Assembly: GCA_030681365.1 (NCBI GenBank) | Contig: JAUXWH010000292.1 | Location: 8,959 to 72,958 of the forward strand | Source: Bradyrhizobium sp. | GTDB lineage: Bacteria; Pseudomonadota; Alphaproteobacteria; Rhizobiales; Xanthobacteraceae | Direction: 5' to 3' | DNA: 64,000 bases | Shown: in pieces, positions 10,088 to 19,457 of the stretch | How positions within the stretch are numbered: the first letter of the stretch is position 1 | Layout: every line of letters begins with the position of its first letter | Notes under the pieces: generated by a model | What the model was told of the DNA's origin: nothing | The model's database searches: none | Seen by the model: the letters and a program-made list of their open reading frames with translations, nothing else | Position numbers and translations under genes: made by a program

Positions 10088-10498
10088 CTAGGCTTTGAGA
10101 ATATCGATGGTGCGCTGGAGCATGCGGCGGGTGGCGCTGATGACGTTGATGTTGGCCTCATAGGACCGCTGCGCCTCGCGCATGTCGGTCATTTCCACCA
10201 GCGCGTTGACGTTGGGAAACTTGACGTTGCCGTTTTCGTCGGCGGCCGGGTGGCCCGGTTCGTATTTCGAGCGGAAGTCCGATTTGTCGATCTCCACCTT
10301 GCCGAGGCCGACGACACGCGCCTCGAGTTCGCGGTTGAACTCGCTGGTGAAGGTCGGGACCTTGCGGCGGTAAGGGTCGGTGTTCGGCGCCGCCGACGTC
10401 GAGTCGGCATTGGCGAGGTTTTCCGAGATGATGCGCATGCGGCTGGACTGCGCGCGCAGGCCGGACGCGGCGATCGCCATGCTCTTCATGAAGTCCAT
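10088..10498 (-). CDS. flgC: Proximal rod protein FlgC
   Basis: SGL.AQ..RM..ISENLANA, PGHPAAD, RSYEAN. Confidence 0.97.
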   Translation of the reverse strand: MDFMKSMAIAASGLRAQSSRMRIISENLANADSTSAAPNTDPYRRKVPTFTSEFNRELEARVVGLGKVEIDKSDFRSKYEPGHPAADENGNVKFPNVNALVEMTDMREAQRSYEANINVISATRRMLQRTIDILKA

Positions 10499-10525
10499 CG
10501 GTAACCTCCCTCAGCGCCTCTGGCG

Positions 10526-10936
10526 CTAGCGTTTGCCCAGCGCGGTCTTGATCAGCCCGAGACTGCGCGTGTAGAGCGCGGTGGCGGCCTGATAATCCAT
10601 CTGGTTCGCCGCCACCTTGATCATCTCTTCTTCGAGGCTGACCGCGTTGCCGGATGTGCTGACTTCGTGGCTGCCGGTGACCTGGGTGCGGAACGCCGTG
10701 TTGCTCTGCCCGGTCGCGGCGATGTGGGCGCCATCGGTCTGCGCCAGCGCCACCTTGACCATCGGCGCCCGGACCGACCCGGGCGCGGCATCGAATTTCG
10801 GCGCCACCAGATCGCGGGCGCGGTAGCGGGGGGTGTCGGCATTGGCGACGTTCTCGGCCAGGACGCGCTGCCGTTCCTGCGCATATTCCATCCGCGTCCG
10901 GATCATCGAGAGGATCGGAATATCGGTAATGCCCAC
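10526..10936 (-). CDS. flgB: Proximal rod protein FlgB
   Basis: RQ.VLAENVANADTP.Y, GN.VSLEEEM. Confidence 0.96.
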   Translation of the reverse strand: MGITDIPILSMIRTRMEYAQERQRVLAENVANADTPRYRARDLVAPKFDAAPGSVRAPMVKVALAQTDGAHIAATGQSNTAFRTQVTGSHEVSTSGNAVSLEEEMIKVAANQMDYQAATALYTRSLGLIKTALGKR

Positions 10937-10977
10937 AGCGTCCCCCTCTGAGAATCCGTTCGCGGCACACCCGCGCT

Positions 10978-11158
10978 AGGCAGACTTTGCCGGGCGTATG
11001 GTTAACAGCAGGTAAATGGATAGGGGCGGAACCCGGCGAAGCGGTCGCGGTTTACCATTGTTATTTGCGTTTCCGCCCGGCATAAGCCGTTCAGATTCCG
11101 CGCCGTTAACCCTCTGTTAGGAATCTGGGCGGCAAATTGTGCCGGCGGTGTTAACCAT
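10978..11158. promoter_or_regulatory. Divergent flgB/fliO control region with CtrA boxes and FlbD ftr sites
   Basis: CtrA-like TTAA-N7-TAAA 11002-11016, TTAA-N7-TTAG 11106-11120, TTAACCAT 11151; ftr-like AGGCA-N5-TGCCG 10978-10992 and CGGCA-N5-TGCCG 11130-11144. Confidence 0.7.
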
Positions 11159-11207
11159 TCGGACGCAACGTGTCTGAGACCAACGCGATGACGAACGGAG
11201 CGCTTTG

Positions 11208-12278
11208 ATGTTCGACCTGTTCGGCCCGGAAATGCCGCTGCCGGTGAAGTTTTTCATTGCCTTCGCCATTGTCCTGGCCCTGATCGGCGTGGCCGCCTGG
11301 CTGGTGCGCCGCTTCGGTTCCAGCCGCCTCGGCGGCGGCGCAGCCCGCGGCCGTCAGCCCCGGTTGGCGGTGATCGACGCCGCCACCGTCGATGGCCGGC
11401 GGCGTCTGGTGCTGATCCGCCGCGACAACGTGGAACACCTGCTGATGATCGGCGGGCCCACCGATGTCGTGGTCGAACCCAATATCGTCCGCGCCAGCTC
11501 CCGCGACACCGCACGCGAACCCGGCCGCCTCGGCACCGAGCCTGCCGGCCGGCAGACGCCGGTGGTGGAGAATGCCTGGCCGCTGCAACCGACCAACGAG
11601 CCGCCGCCGGTCGCAGCGCCGCGCGCCTACCGGTCGCCCGCGACCGAAGAGCCGTGGCATGCGCCGGAACCGGGTGCGCGCCCCCGCCCCGCCGACAGCA
11701 TGACCGGTCTGGCCGCCGATCTGTCGGCGCGCCTCAATCCGCCGGAGGTCCCGGCGCCCGCGCCGGCGCCGCGTCAGGAAATGCCGCGCAGCGAAGCGCC
11801 ACCGCCGCGCAGCAACCTCGCGGCCGTTCTGCCGCCGGAACCGCAGGCGCCGCCGCAGAACGATCAGAACCTGGCCGAGATGGCGCAACAGCTCGAGGCC
11901 GCCCTGCGCCGCACTGCCGTACCGGAAGGCCGCCCGCCGGTCACCGACCCGCTGGCCGCGCCACCCGCCAAGCCGGCAGCCCGGCCGCCGGTGCGCGATT
12001 TCAAGTTGCGTGTCGATCCCCGCATCGAGGCCAAGCCTGAGCCAAAGAGCGAGCCCAAAGCCGAGCCGCGGTTTGAACCGAAGCTCGACGCGGAGCCCCG
12101 GTCCGAGCCCCAATTCGACGTGCGGCCGGAGCCGAAGTTCGACGCCCGGCCCGAGCCGGCCGCGGACGCTGCGCCGCCGGTCAAGCCGGAGCCCAAGCCG
12201 GCTGCGGCAAGCCCGAACTATGACAATCTGGAAGAGGAGATGGCCAATTTGCTTGGCCGTCCACCCGGGAAAACGTGA
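11208..12278 (+). CDS. fliO: FliO-family protein with long Pro-rich C-terminal extension
   Basis: TM helix, RLAVIDA..VD.RRRLVLIRRDNVEHLL.IGG; overlaps the fliP start. Confidence 0.85.
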   Translation: MFDLFGPEMPLPVKFFIAFAIVLALIGVAAWLVRRFGSSRLGGGAARGRQPRLAVIDAATVDGRRRLVLIRRDNVEHLLMIGGPTDVVVEPNIVRASSRDTAREPGRLGTEPAGRQTPVVENAWPLQPTNEPPPVAAPRAYRSPATEEPWHAPEPGARPRPADSMTGLAADLSARLNPPEVPAPAPAPRQEMPRSEAPPPRSNLAAVLPPEPQAPPQNDQNLAEMAQQLEAALRRTAVPEGRPPVTDPLAAPPAKPAARPPVRDFKLRVDPRIEAKPEPKSEPKAEPRFEPKLDAEPRSEPQFDVRPEPKFDARPEPAADAAPPVKPEPKPAAASPNYDNLEEEMANLLGRPPGKT

Positions 12279-13033
12279 CATTCAATTCCGACCGCCGTGT
12301 CCGTCTTGTGACGGTGGCGATCGGAGTAGCTGGAGTGATCCTCGCCGCGACTGCGCCCGCAGCCGCGCAGGACATCAGTGTCAATTTCGGCCAGGGCACC
12401 GGTCTGACCGAACGCGTCATCCAGATGATCGCGCTGCTGACGGTGCTGTCGCTGGCGCCGTCGATCCTCGTCATGATGACGTCGTTCACCCGCATCGTCG
12501 TGGTGCTGTCGCTGCTGCGCACGGCGCTCGGCACCGCCACCGCGCCGCCCAATGCGGTGATCGTGTCGCTGGCGCTGTTCCTCACCGCCTTCGTGATGGG
12601 GCCGGCGCTGCAGCGCAGCTATGACACCGGCATCAGGCCGCTGATCGCCAACGAGATCACCATGGAGCAGGCCTTCGAGCGCGGCAGTATTCCGCTGCGC
12701 GAGTTCATGCAGAAGAACGTGCGCGAGAAGGACCTGCAGTTGTTCGTCGACATGGCCCGCGAGCCGGCGCCGGCGACGCCGGAAGACCTGTCGCTGCGCA
12801 TTCTGGTGCCGGCCTTCATGATCTCCGAACTCAAGCGCGCCTTCGAGATCGGCTTCCTGCTGTTCGTGCCGTTCCTGATCATCGATCTGGTGGTAGCCTC
12901 GGTGCTGATGTCGATGGGCATGATGATGCTGCCGCCCGTCGTCGTCTCGCTGCCCTTCAAGCTGATCTTCTTCGTGCTGGTCGATGGCTGGAGCCTGGTG
13001 GCGGGCTCGCTGATCCAGAGCTACGGAACGTAA
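12275..13033 (+). CDS. fliP: Flagellar export protein FliP
   Basis: MMTSFTRI, PAF..SELKRAF, MGMMMLPP, FVLVDGW. Confidence 0.97.
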   Translation: MTFNSDRRVRLVTVAIGVAGVILAATAPAAAQDISVNFGQGTGLTERVIQMIALLTVLSLAPSILVMMTSFTRIVVVLSLLRTALGTATAPPNAVIVSLALFLTAFVMGPALQRSYDTGIRPLIANEITMEQAFERGSIPLREFMQKNVREKDLQLFVDMAREPAPATPEDLSLRILVPAFMISELKRAFEIGFLLFVPFLIIDLVVASVLMSMGMMMLPPVVVSLPFKLIFFVLVDGWSLVAGSLIQSYGT

Positions 13034-13058
13034 ATCACGCCCGGACTCCGTCTCGCAC

Positions 13059-16000
13059 TCAGCGGCTGGCGGTGACCGGCCGCGGCCGCGGCGTACGGAT
13101 CGATCCGGTCGGCGCCGGATCCGGCCTGAGCGGCTCGCCGGCCGGCACGGGTGGCGGCGGCACCGCCGAGGTCGAGTTGTCAGGCCGCGGCGGCGTCACC
13201 GCTGCGGGAGCGGCCGGTACCGCCGGGATGGCGGCCGCTGGCGGCGGTGCCGGTGCAGCGGCGGGCAACAACTGATCCGGATAGCGCTTACGCATGTCGC
13301 TCAAGAAGGCTTCCAGCGTGTCAACGCCGGCAACGCGGCTGGCGACTGCCTGGAACTCGGCGTTGCGGACGCCGATCGGCGCGCTGACAATATCGAAGGC
13401 GCGACGATCCGGGCCTTCCACCATCTTGGCCGCGTATTTGTCCCGCAGCCGCGCCTGGCTGATCGGTTCTTCGCCCAGCGCATAACCGATCGCCGCCCGC
13501 AGGATGTCGGCGCGCTCGGTCTCGGTGAGCGGCGTGAAATCGCGCCAGCGCTCGCCATAGAGCAGTTCGACCTGCTCGGCCGCCTCGCGCCAGCGCCTGG
13601 CCTTCCACAGCACATCCGCGCGCAGCCGTATGGCCTCACGGCCGTCGACGCTGTTGGCCAGTTCCAGCGCCAGATCGTGACGGCCGATATCGGCCAGCGC
13701 CCGCGCCTCCAGCAACAGCCGCTGCTCGCGCAACTCATTGGCCAGTTCGGCGCTGCGGGTCTTTTGCAGCGTCGCCAGCGCGTGGTCCGGCTTGCGGTTC
13801 ATCAGATAGATGGTCGCGAGCTTGGTGGCGACCTGGGCGCGCCCCGCGCCTTGCAGCCGGTGATCAACCTGGTGCTGCAGCAGTTCGGCCGCCTGATCGA
13901 GAAGGTCGACCGCCACCAGCCGTCCCGCCAGCCGGCGGATCATTTCGTCGCCGCGCCGTCCGATCGGCGTCAGTTCGCGATAGTCGTAGAACAGCCCGAG
14001 CGCCTCGACCGGCGGCAGCGCATCGCCTTTCCCGTCCAGGAACAAGGCATCGAAAGTCAACGCCGCCTCGTCCTGGATCTTGCGGGTCATATCCGAATTG
14101 GGATTGGTGCGCAGCGCCGTGCGCATCACACGAAAGGCATCGCGATAGCGGCCATCCTGGGTGTAAAGGCTGGCCAGCCGCTTCAGGCTTTCAGTCTCGG
14201 TCTCGTCGCCGCGCCAGATGGTGGCGAGCGTCTCCAGCTCGTGAATCATGGTCTCGCGCGGCATATTGCCATTGCCGAATTCCAGCGCCACCTCGCGCAA
14301 CCGGCCCTGCGCGGAGGCGCGCCGGTCTCGCGACGTGGCGGCCGAGCGATATTGCGCCAGCGCATCCTCGATGCGGCCCATGCCCTCGTACAGCCGGCCG
14401 GCCAGCACCGCGACTGCCGGCTCCTGCGCGTGCGGCACGCCGACGGTCTCCAGCTCGTTGACCAGACGCGCGGCACCTGAGAAGTCGTGCACCTCGATAC
14501 TGGCGCGCAGCGCCTCCTGCATCACCATTCGCTGCAATTCGATCGGCAGCACCGCCATCATCGCTTCTGCGCTCTTGAAGCCTTCGCGCGCTTCCGACCA
14601 CTTGCCTTGCCGCGCCTGGGCGACCGCGCGCCAGAGCGGCGCATCCTGCTGTTGTCCGACGTGCGGAGCAGCCAATACCTTGAGCGCCTCGTCCGGCCGC
14701 TCCAGCATCACGTCGGCGATGGCCTTGAGGATGCTGCCGGTGACGTCGTCGTCGCCGCCGCCTTGTTCGGCTTGCGCGACATCGAGCACGGCCTTCGCTT
14801 CAGCGCCCATCTCGCGTGCAAGGTAGAAGCGGGCCAGATTGAGCCGCGCCTGCTGGCGCCTGACGTCCGGCGCCGCAGCGGCGGTCCGGATCAGTTCGGC
14901 TTGCCGGTCGGTATACGGCGCCTCGCGATCATAGCCCCACACCTGAGGGTCGAATGTCGTGGCGCGCAGACCCGACACGGTCTGCTCCGGACTGAGCGCG
15001 GTCGACGAAATCGCCAGCCCGCCAGGCCGGCTGACGGTGATCTTGTCGCTGCTCAGTTCGGCGGCGACGTCGTCGGCCACCGGCTGCAGCACCACGCCGT
15101 GGGTCGACGGCAGCGCCTGCAACTCGACGAAGTTCTGCGCTTTCAGAAAGCCGCGCGCCGGCGCCGGCGCGGTGACCACCATCAGCCGATCACCGATAAC
15201 GGGATCGCTGAGGCGATGCAGCCTGGCCGGATCGTCGAAGGGGATGACGATGCTGGCGCGGCCTTTGCCGAGAATATTGCGGGCGATCACCAGCGCGCGG
15301 GTCGGCGCGGATACCGAGTCGCCGATATTGACGATCCAGGCCTGACCTTCGGTATCGGCGCTCGCCAGGCGCGGCCGCTCGAGGTGGATACGAACGATCG
15401 CCGCACCGCCCTCGGCGCGCTCGAAGGTGGCGCGACGGATCACCTTGCTGGGGTCATTGGCCAGCCCGGCGATGTCGATGGTCGCGGGGCTGTCGAACAC
15501 CAGCCACAGCGTGTCGGCGCGGCGAAACACGGCGGCCGGGGTTGGCGCTGCGAACGGGAAGTGCAGGCGCAGGCTGTCACCGGACTGGGTCAATGTCGCG
15601 ACCACAACGCCATCGGCCTGCGGCATCGGCGGCGCCGGCGTGACAGCGGCGGGCGGCTTCGGCGCTTGCTGGTTCAGCTTCGGCGCCACGATCGCGGCGG
15701 CTTCAACCTTTGGCACGACCGGTGGCGCAAGCTCCGCCGCCTTTGCCGCAGGACTGGCCGGGGCAATGGCGGCGGCCTTGCCCGGCGGCGGTGCATTTGC
15801 CGCGGGCGCCGCAGCGGCCGGAGCCGCAGGCGACGCCGCATCCTTTACCGGCACGGTGTCGGGCGCCGCGATGGCCGGACCGGTGTCGGTCGCGCCGGCG
15901 AGCTTGGCCGCGATCTGATCAACCGACTGCGGCGCCGCGCCGGCGCCGCCGCCGCCGACGTCGACGACAATGCTGCGGTCTTCGCGGAAATGGCGCACCG

Positions 16001-16781
16001 ATGGCTGGCCATTGAGCATGAACTTGACCGCAACCGAGTCGAAATCCGGCTCGGCGTCGATCGATTCTAGCGTCGTCGGCAACGCCGCCTTGGCGTCTGT
16101 CAGATCCCACTTGATCTGCTGGTCGAAATTGAGCGTGAACCTGCCCTCGGCGCGATCCGGGACAACATTGACGCCGTCGGGCATCTCGAACACGTAGCGG
16201 GTAAAGGTCGGCTGGCTGGCGACCCGCACGCGGATGGTCGGCGGCTGCCACTCCTTCGTTCTGCCGTTCTGCCGGCGCAACTCCCGTTCGGCGCCGAGCG
16301 CGCGCCGCGTGAGTTCGTCGAGCACCTCCTGCGGCAGGCCCGGCACCGGACCACTCCACGTCTCCGGCATCAGATCGACATAAAACCGCTCGCCGGCGGC
16401 GATGGTGTTGAATTTGACCTTCTGCGCCAGCGCGATGCGGACGGCGCTGCCGTCGGGGTCGCGCCGTGCCGCGCTGATGAGGTCGGGGACGCTGGCGTTC
16501 ATCCGATCGACCGCGACATCGACCGGCTTCTTGAAGTTGATGACCATCACTGGCCCGGTGAGGCGAACGGTCGCCGCCACCTCTTCGTCGAGCCGGAACA
16601 TCAGCCGCACGTAACCGCCGTCGGTGAAAACCTTGACCTCGCCCCTGACGGACCCGGCGGCGGCGGCGCCGCCCGTCAGCGCGCCGGCCAGCAGTCCCAG
16701 CGCCGCCAAGCAGCCCAAAGCCCGCCGCCGCGCGGACGCAGTCGCGCGCATCGCTTGCTGGCAAGAAGGCAAGGCGGTCAT
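13059..16781 (-). CDS. Large exported TPR-repeat flagellar/motility protein (MotK-like)
   Basis: Signal peptide, beta-rich N-terminal domains, helical TPR-like C-terminal half; lies downstream of fliL-fliM-pflI-motE as in Caulobacter-type clusters. Confidence 0.7.
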   Translation of the reverse strand: MTALPSCQQAMRATASARRRALGCLAALGLLAGALTGGAAAAGSVRGEVKVFTDGGYVRLMFRLDEEVAATVRLTGPVMVINFKKPVDVAVDRMNASVPDLISAARRDPDGSAVRIALAQKVKFNTIAAGERFYVDLMPETWSGPVPGLPQEVLDELTRRALGAERELRRQNGRTKEWQPPTIRVRVASQPTFTRYVFEMPDGVNVVPDRAEGRFTLNFDQQIKWDLTDAKAALPTTLESIDAEPDFDSVAVKFMLNGQPSVRHFREDRSIVVDVGGGGAGAAPQSVDQIAAKLAGATDTGPAIAAPDTVPVKDAASPAAPAAAAPAANAPPPGKAAAIAPASPAAKAAELAPPVVPKVEAAAIVAPKLNQQAPKPPAAVTPAPPMPQADGVVVATLTQSGDSLRLHFPFAAPTPAAVFRRADTLWLVFDSPATIDIAGLANDPSKVIRRATFERAEGGAAIVRIHLERPRLASADTEGQAWIVNIGDSVSAPTRALVIARNILGKGRASIVIPFDDPARLHRLSDPVIGDRLMVVTAPAPARGFLKAQNFVELQALPSTHGVVLQPVADDVAAELSSDKITVSRPGGLAISSTALSPEQTVSGLRATTFDPQVWGYDREAPYTDRQAELIRTAAAAPDVRRQQARLNLARFYLAREMGAEAKAVLDVAQAEQGGGDDDVTGSILKAIADVMLERPDEALKVLAAPHVGQQQDAPLWRAVAQARQGKWSEAREGFKSAEAMMAVLPIELQRMVMQEALRASIEVHDFSGAARLVNELETVGVPHAQEPAVAVLAGRLYEGMGRIEDALAQYRSAATSRDRRASAQGRLREVALEFGNGNMPRETMIHELETLATIWRGDETETESLKRLASLYTQDGRYRDAFRVMRTALRTNPNSDMTRKIQDEAALTFDALFLDGKGDALPPVEALGLFYDYRELTPIGRRGDEMIRRLAGRLVAVDLLDQAAELLQHQVDHRLQGAGRAQVATKLATIYLMNRKPDHALATLQKTRSAELANELREQRLLLEARALADIGRHDLALELANSVDGREAIRLRADVLWKARRWREAAEQVELLYGERWRDFTPLTETERADILRAAIGYALGEEPISQARLRDKYAAKMVEGPDRRAFDIVSAPIGVRNAEFQAVASRVAGVDTLEAFLSDMRKRYPDQLLPAAAPAPPPAAAIPAVPAAPAAVTPPRPDNSTSAVPPPPVPAGEPLRPDPAPTGSIRTPRPRPVTASR

Positions 16782-16838
16782 GTAGCCATTCCACGCAAGG
16801 CCCGAGATGGCCCGTCGCGGCAGCCTAAAGTTCGGCGT

Positions 16839-16853
16839 TTAACGTCGCCTTAA
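16839..16853. promoter_or_regulatory. Perfect CtrA box upstream of the TPR gene
   Basis: TTAA-CGTCGCC-TTAA(C). Confidence 0.75.
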
Positions 16854-16917
16854 CCGAGTAGGCGCGCGGGCCGGCACCGGCAGGCACCTGCTCGGAAGCG
16901 CCCTCACCTGGTGTGCG

Positions 16918-17652
16918 CTAGCGTCCTGCGGCCGGCGGCTTGGTGCTGGCGGATTTTCGGGGCGCCAGCATCCATTCGTGGTGGTTCTTGACGATGCCGT
17001 AACACTCGCAGGCGCCCTCCGTAAGACCGGCGACATCGAGGATCCGGATGTTGCCGCGCCGGTACCGGATCAACCCGGCTTTCTGCAGCGCGTTCGCGAC
17101 AATCGTCACGCTCGGCCGCGTCACCCCGATCATCTGCGCCAGGAATTCCTGGGTCAGCGTCAGATCGTCGTTGCCGGCCAGGTCGCGCATCCGCAGCAGC
17201 CACTTGCACATGCGGGCTTCGACATGATGGCTGGCGTTGCAGGCGGCCGACTGCTGGGATTCCGCCAGCAGCACCTGACCATGCCGGACCAGCAGCGTCC
17301 GCAGCGCTTTGACCTCGTCGGCGACGTCGGCCAGCCGGTCGACGCTGATCGCAGAAGCAACGCCGGCATGTTGCACGACGGCCTTGTTCAACGACATCTT
17401 GCCGTTGAGCGCGGCCGACGCATTCATGACGCCGTCCCGGCCGACCATCGCCGTTTCGATCATCTGGCCGCTCGTCAACTCGACCACCAGCGAGATGATC
17501 CCGGTATGCGGGAAATAGACCAGTTTCACGGCGCTGCCGGCCTCCGCCAGGACGTCGCCAAGATTCAACGCCACCAGTTTAAGGTGCGGCTCGATCGCAG
17601 CGAAGACCGACGCCGGCAACGATGCGAGCAGGCGATTGGCGGAATGGGTCAC
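16918..17652 (-). CDS. Crp/Fnr-family transcriptional regulator
   Basis: AGGAG RBS + GTG 17652; NRLL..LP, VYFP..G..S, AACNA.H..EAR..WLL, LTQEFLAQMIGV.RPSVT HTH. Confidence 0.9.
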   Translation of the reverse strand: MTHSANRLLASLPASVFAAIEPHLKLVALNLGDVLAEAGSAVKLVYFPHTGIISLVVELTSGQMIETAMVGRDGVMNASAALNGKMSLNKAVVQHAGVASAISVDRLADVADEVKALRTLLVRHGQVLLAESQQSAACNASHHVEARMCKWLLRMRDLAGNDDLTLTQEFLAQMIGVTRPSVTIVANALQKAGLIRYRRGNIRILDVAGLTEGACECYGIVKNHHEWMLAPRKSASTKPPAAGR

Positions 17653-17937
17653 ACGCGGTTCTCCTGCCTTGAAGGCGGGAGCGCGGTCGCGTCTCTCAGC
17701 CACTGGCGCCTCGATGCGAACCAGTGATGACATGCATATAGGTAGGGGTATGTTCGATAGCAAACTTATGCGCGATATAGAGCTAATTCTCCCCTGCCGC
17801 AGGCTGCAAGACGCTATGACGCATCGAGATGCGTATGGTACCCGACGGACGGTGCGGGGCTGCCGTAATACGGTGTCCTTGTATTCTCGGTTTATAAAGC
17901 CGTGGCGCTGGCGCCTGGCATGCATTTGAAGTGCGTG

Positions 17938-18120
17938 ATGCGTGATTATCGGTTCTATTTCTTATCGGCCGACGGCCGCATCGACGGACCGTCACGGGAT
18001 CACCGATGTCCGGACGACGACGCCGCGCTGATCGAGGCGAAACAACTGCTCGATGGTCAGGCGATCGAGATATGGCAGGGCAAGCGCAAGGTCGCCCGCA
18101 TCGACCCCGACATTACGTAG
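17938..18120 (+). CDS. Small conserved hypothetical protein (60 aa)
   Basis: MRDYRFYFL..DG.I...DDD.AL..A....G..IEIWQG.RKV pattern typical of small alphaproteobacterial proteins. Confidence 0.6.
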   Translation: MRDYRFYFLSADGRIDGPSRDHRCPDDDAALIEAKQLLDGQAIEIWQGKRKVARIDPDIT

Positions 18121-18126
18121 CGGCGT

Positions 18127-19008
18127 TCAATTGCCGGGCCGGCCTTCGATCTTCGGCAGTTGATCCTGCCCCTGCGGCAGCACCGTGGCGTTGGCGCGGT
18201 TGGCGAGCGCAACGGTGAGCTTCTCGGCGGATTCCGGGGTCATCTGCGCCAGAATTTCCGACATCCGCCGCGTGTTCATCGCGGTGGCGACGTCGACCAG
18301 GATGGTCATATCCAGCCGATCGAAGATCCGCGCCGCTTCTTTTGCCTTCATGTTTTCATACATCGAGACGATGCTTTTGAAGCGCTGCAGATCTTGCGTT
18401 TCGCGCGCCCCCATGGCGGCATTGACGCGGGCTTCCACCGCCTTCAGCTCGGCCACCTTGGCCTCGACGCGTTGCTCGGCCGCCTTGAGCAGGCTTTCGC
18501 GCATGTCGATGTCGCGGTTGCGGGTGTCCAGCTCGATGCGCCGCTCCTGCAGCCGCTCGAGCACGGCGCGCTCGCCGGGCGGGGTGATTTTTCCGACCTC
18601 AAGCGGATAGGCCGAGCCGGCGACCTGCAACTTCGGCGCCTCGGGCGGCTTGTCGCTGGTCTTCAGCGGCGGGGCGGCCGGCTTGTCGCCGCCGCCGCCG
18701 CCGCCGCCGACCGAACCGGTGACGTCGCCTTTGCCCTTGTCGGCGTAATTGAACATTTCCTGCGCCCAAGACTGCTTGGGACCCGCGTCCAGCGTCGGAA
18801 CCTGCTGGTCGGCGACAATGATGTTGGGATAGGCCGGCACCGTTGCCGCCGGCGTCACCGTCATGTCGGTCTTGTGCAGGCCCTGCATCCGCTCGGCCAG
18901 CGTATAGCCGCCTTCGAACACCAGACCTGACATTTTCAGGCCGAACAGGCAGATCGTGGCAAACAGCACGATCGGGATCAGCCGCAGTTCGCGCGCCCGC
19001 CACATCAT
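18127..19008 (-). CDS. motE: MotE/FlbB-like flagellar motility protein
   Basis: N-terminal anchor, coiled coil, YENMKAKEAARIFD.LD...M..ILA.M.PE (MgtE_N-like). Confidence 0.8.
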   Translation of the reverse strand: MMWRARELRLIPIVLFATICLFGLKMSGLVFEGGYTLAERMQGLHKTDMTVTPAATVPAYPNIIVADQQVPTLDAGPKQSWAQEMFNYADKGKGDVTGSVGGGGGGGDKPAAPPLKTSDKPPEAPKLQVAGSAYPLEVGKITPPGERAVLERLQERRIELDTRNRDIDMRESLLKAAEQRVEAKVAELKAVEARVNAAMGARETQDLQRFKSIVSMYENMKAKEAARIFDRLDMTILVDVATAMNTRRMSEILAQMTPESAEKLTVALANRANATVLPQGQDQLPKIEGRPGN

Positions 19009-19457
19009 GCCGCAAGACCGCCCGGTTGACCGCCTGCCCGCACCCGCATCCGCTCGGCAAAGGCTTGCGCCGCCGCCGCCACCGATCTGGCGTCGGGCTT
19101 GTCGGGTTTGGCTTCCGGCTCCTCGGCGCCGCGCGCGGCGCCGGTGATACGGATCAGCCGCGCCAGCAAGGCTTCGCCGGCGCCCAGCTGGCGCTCGATC
19201 TCGCCCGAAATCTGCTCGCTGCGCGCCAGACGTTCGTTCAGCGTCTGCTCGCCCTCACGCATGGTCGACTTGAGCCCGCCGATGGCGCGCTCGGCGATCT
19301 GGGTGGCGGTGATCAGTTCGGAAATGGTGGCGCGCAGCGACTGTTCGTCGGCCTTGAGCAGACGCAGCTGCTTGTTGAGCCGCACGCAGTAAAGAATGGT
19401 CATCAGCAGCAGGACTGCGACCAGGCTTTCGACCAGGAACCCGTAATGAAAGCTCAC
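19005..19457 (-). CDS. TM + coiled-coil protein (DUF6468/PflI-like)
   Basis: One N-terminal TM then coiled coil; directly downstream of fliM, the position of Caulobacter pflI. Confidence 0.65.
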   Translation of the reverse strand: MSFHYGFLVESLVAVLLLMTILYCVRLNKQLRLLKADEQSLRATISELITATQIAERAIGGLKSTMREGEQTLNERLARSEQISGEIERQLGAGEALLARLIRITGAARGAEEPEAKPDKPDARSVAAAAQAFAERMRVRAGGQPGGLAA

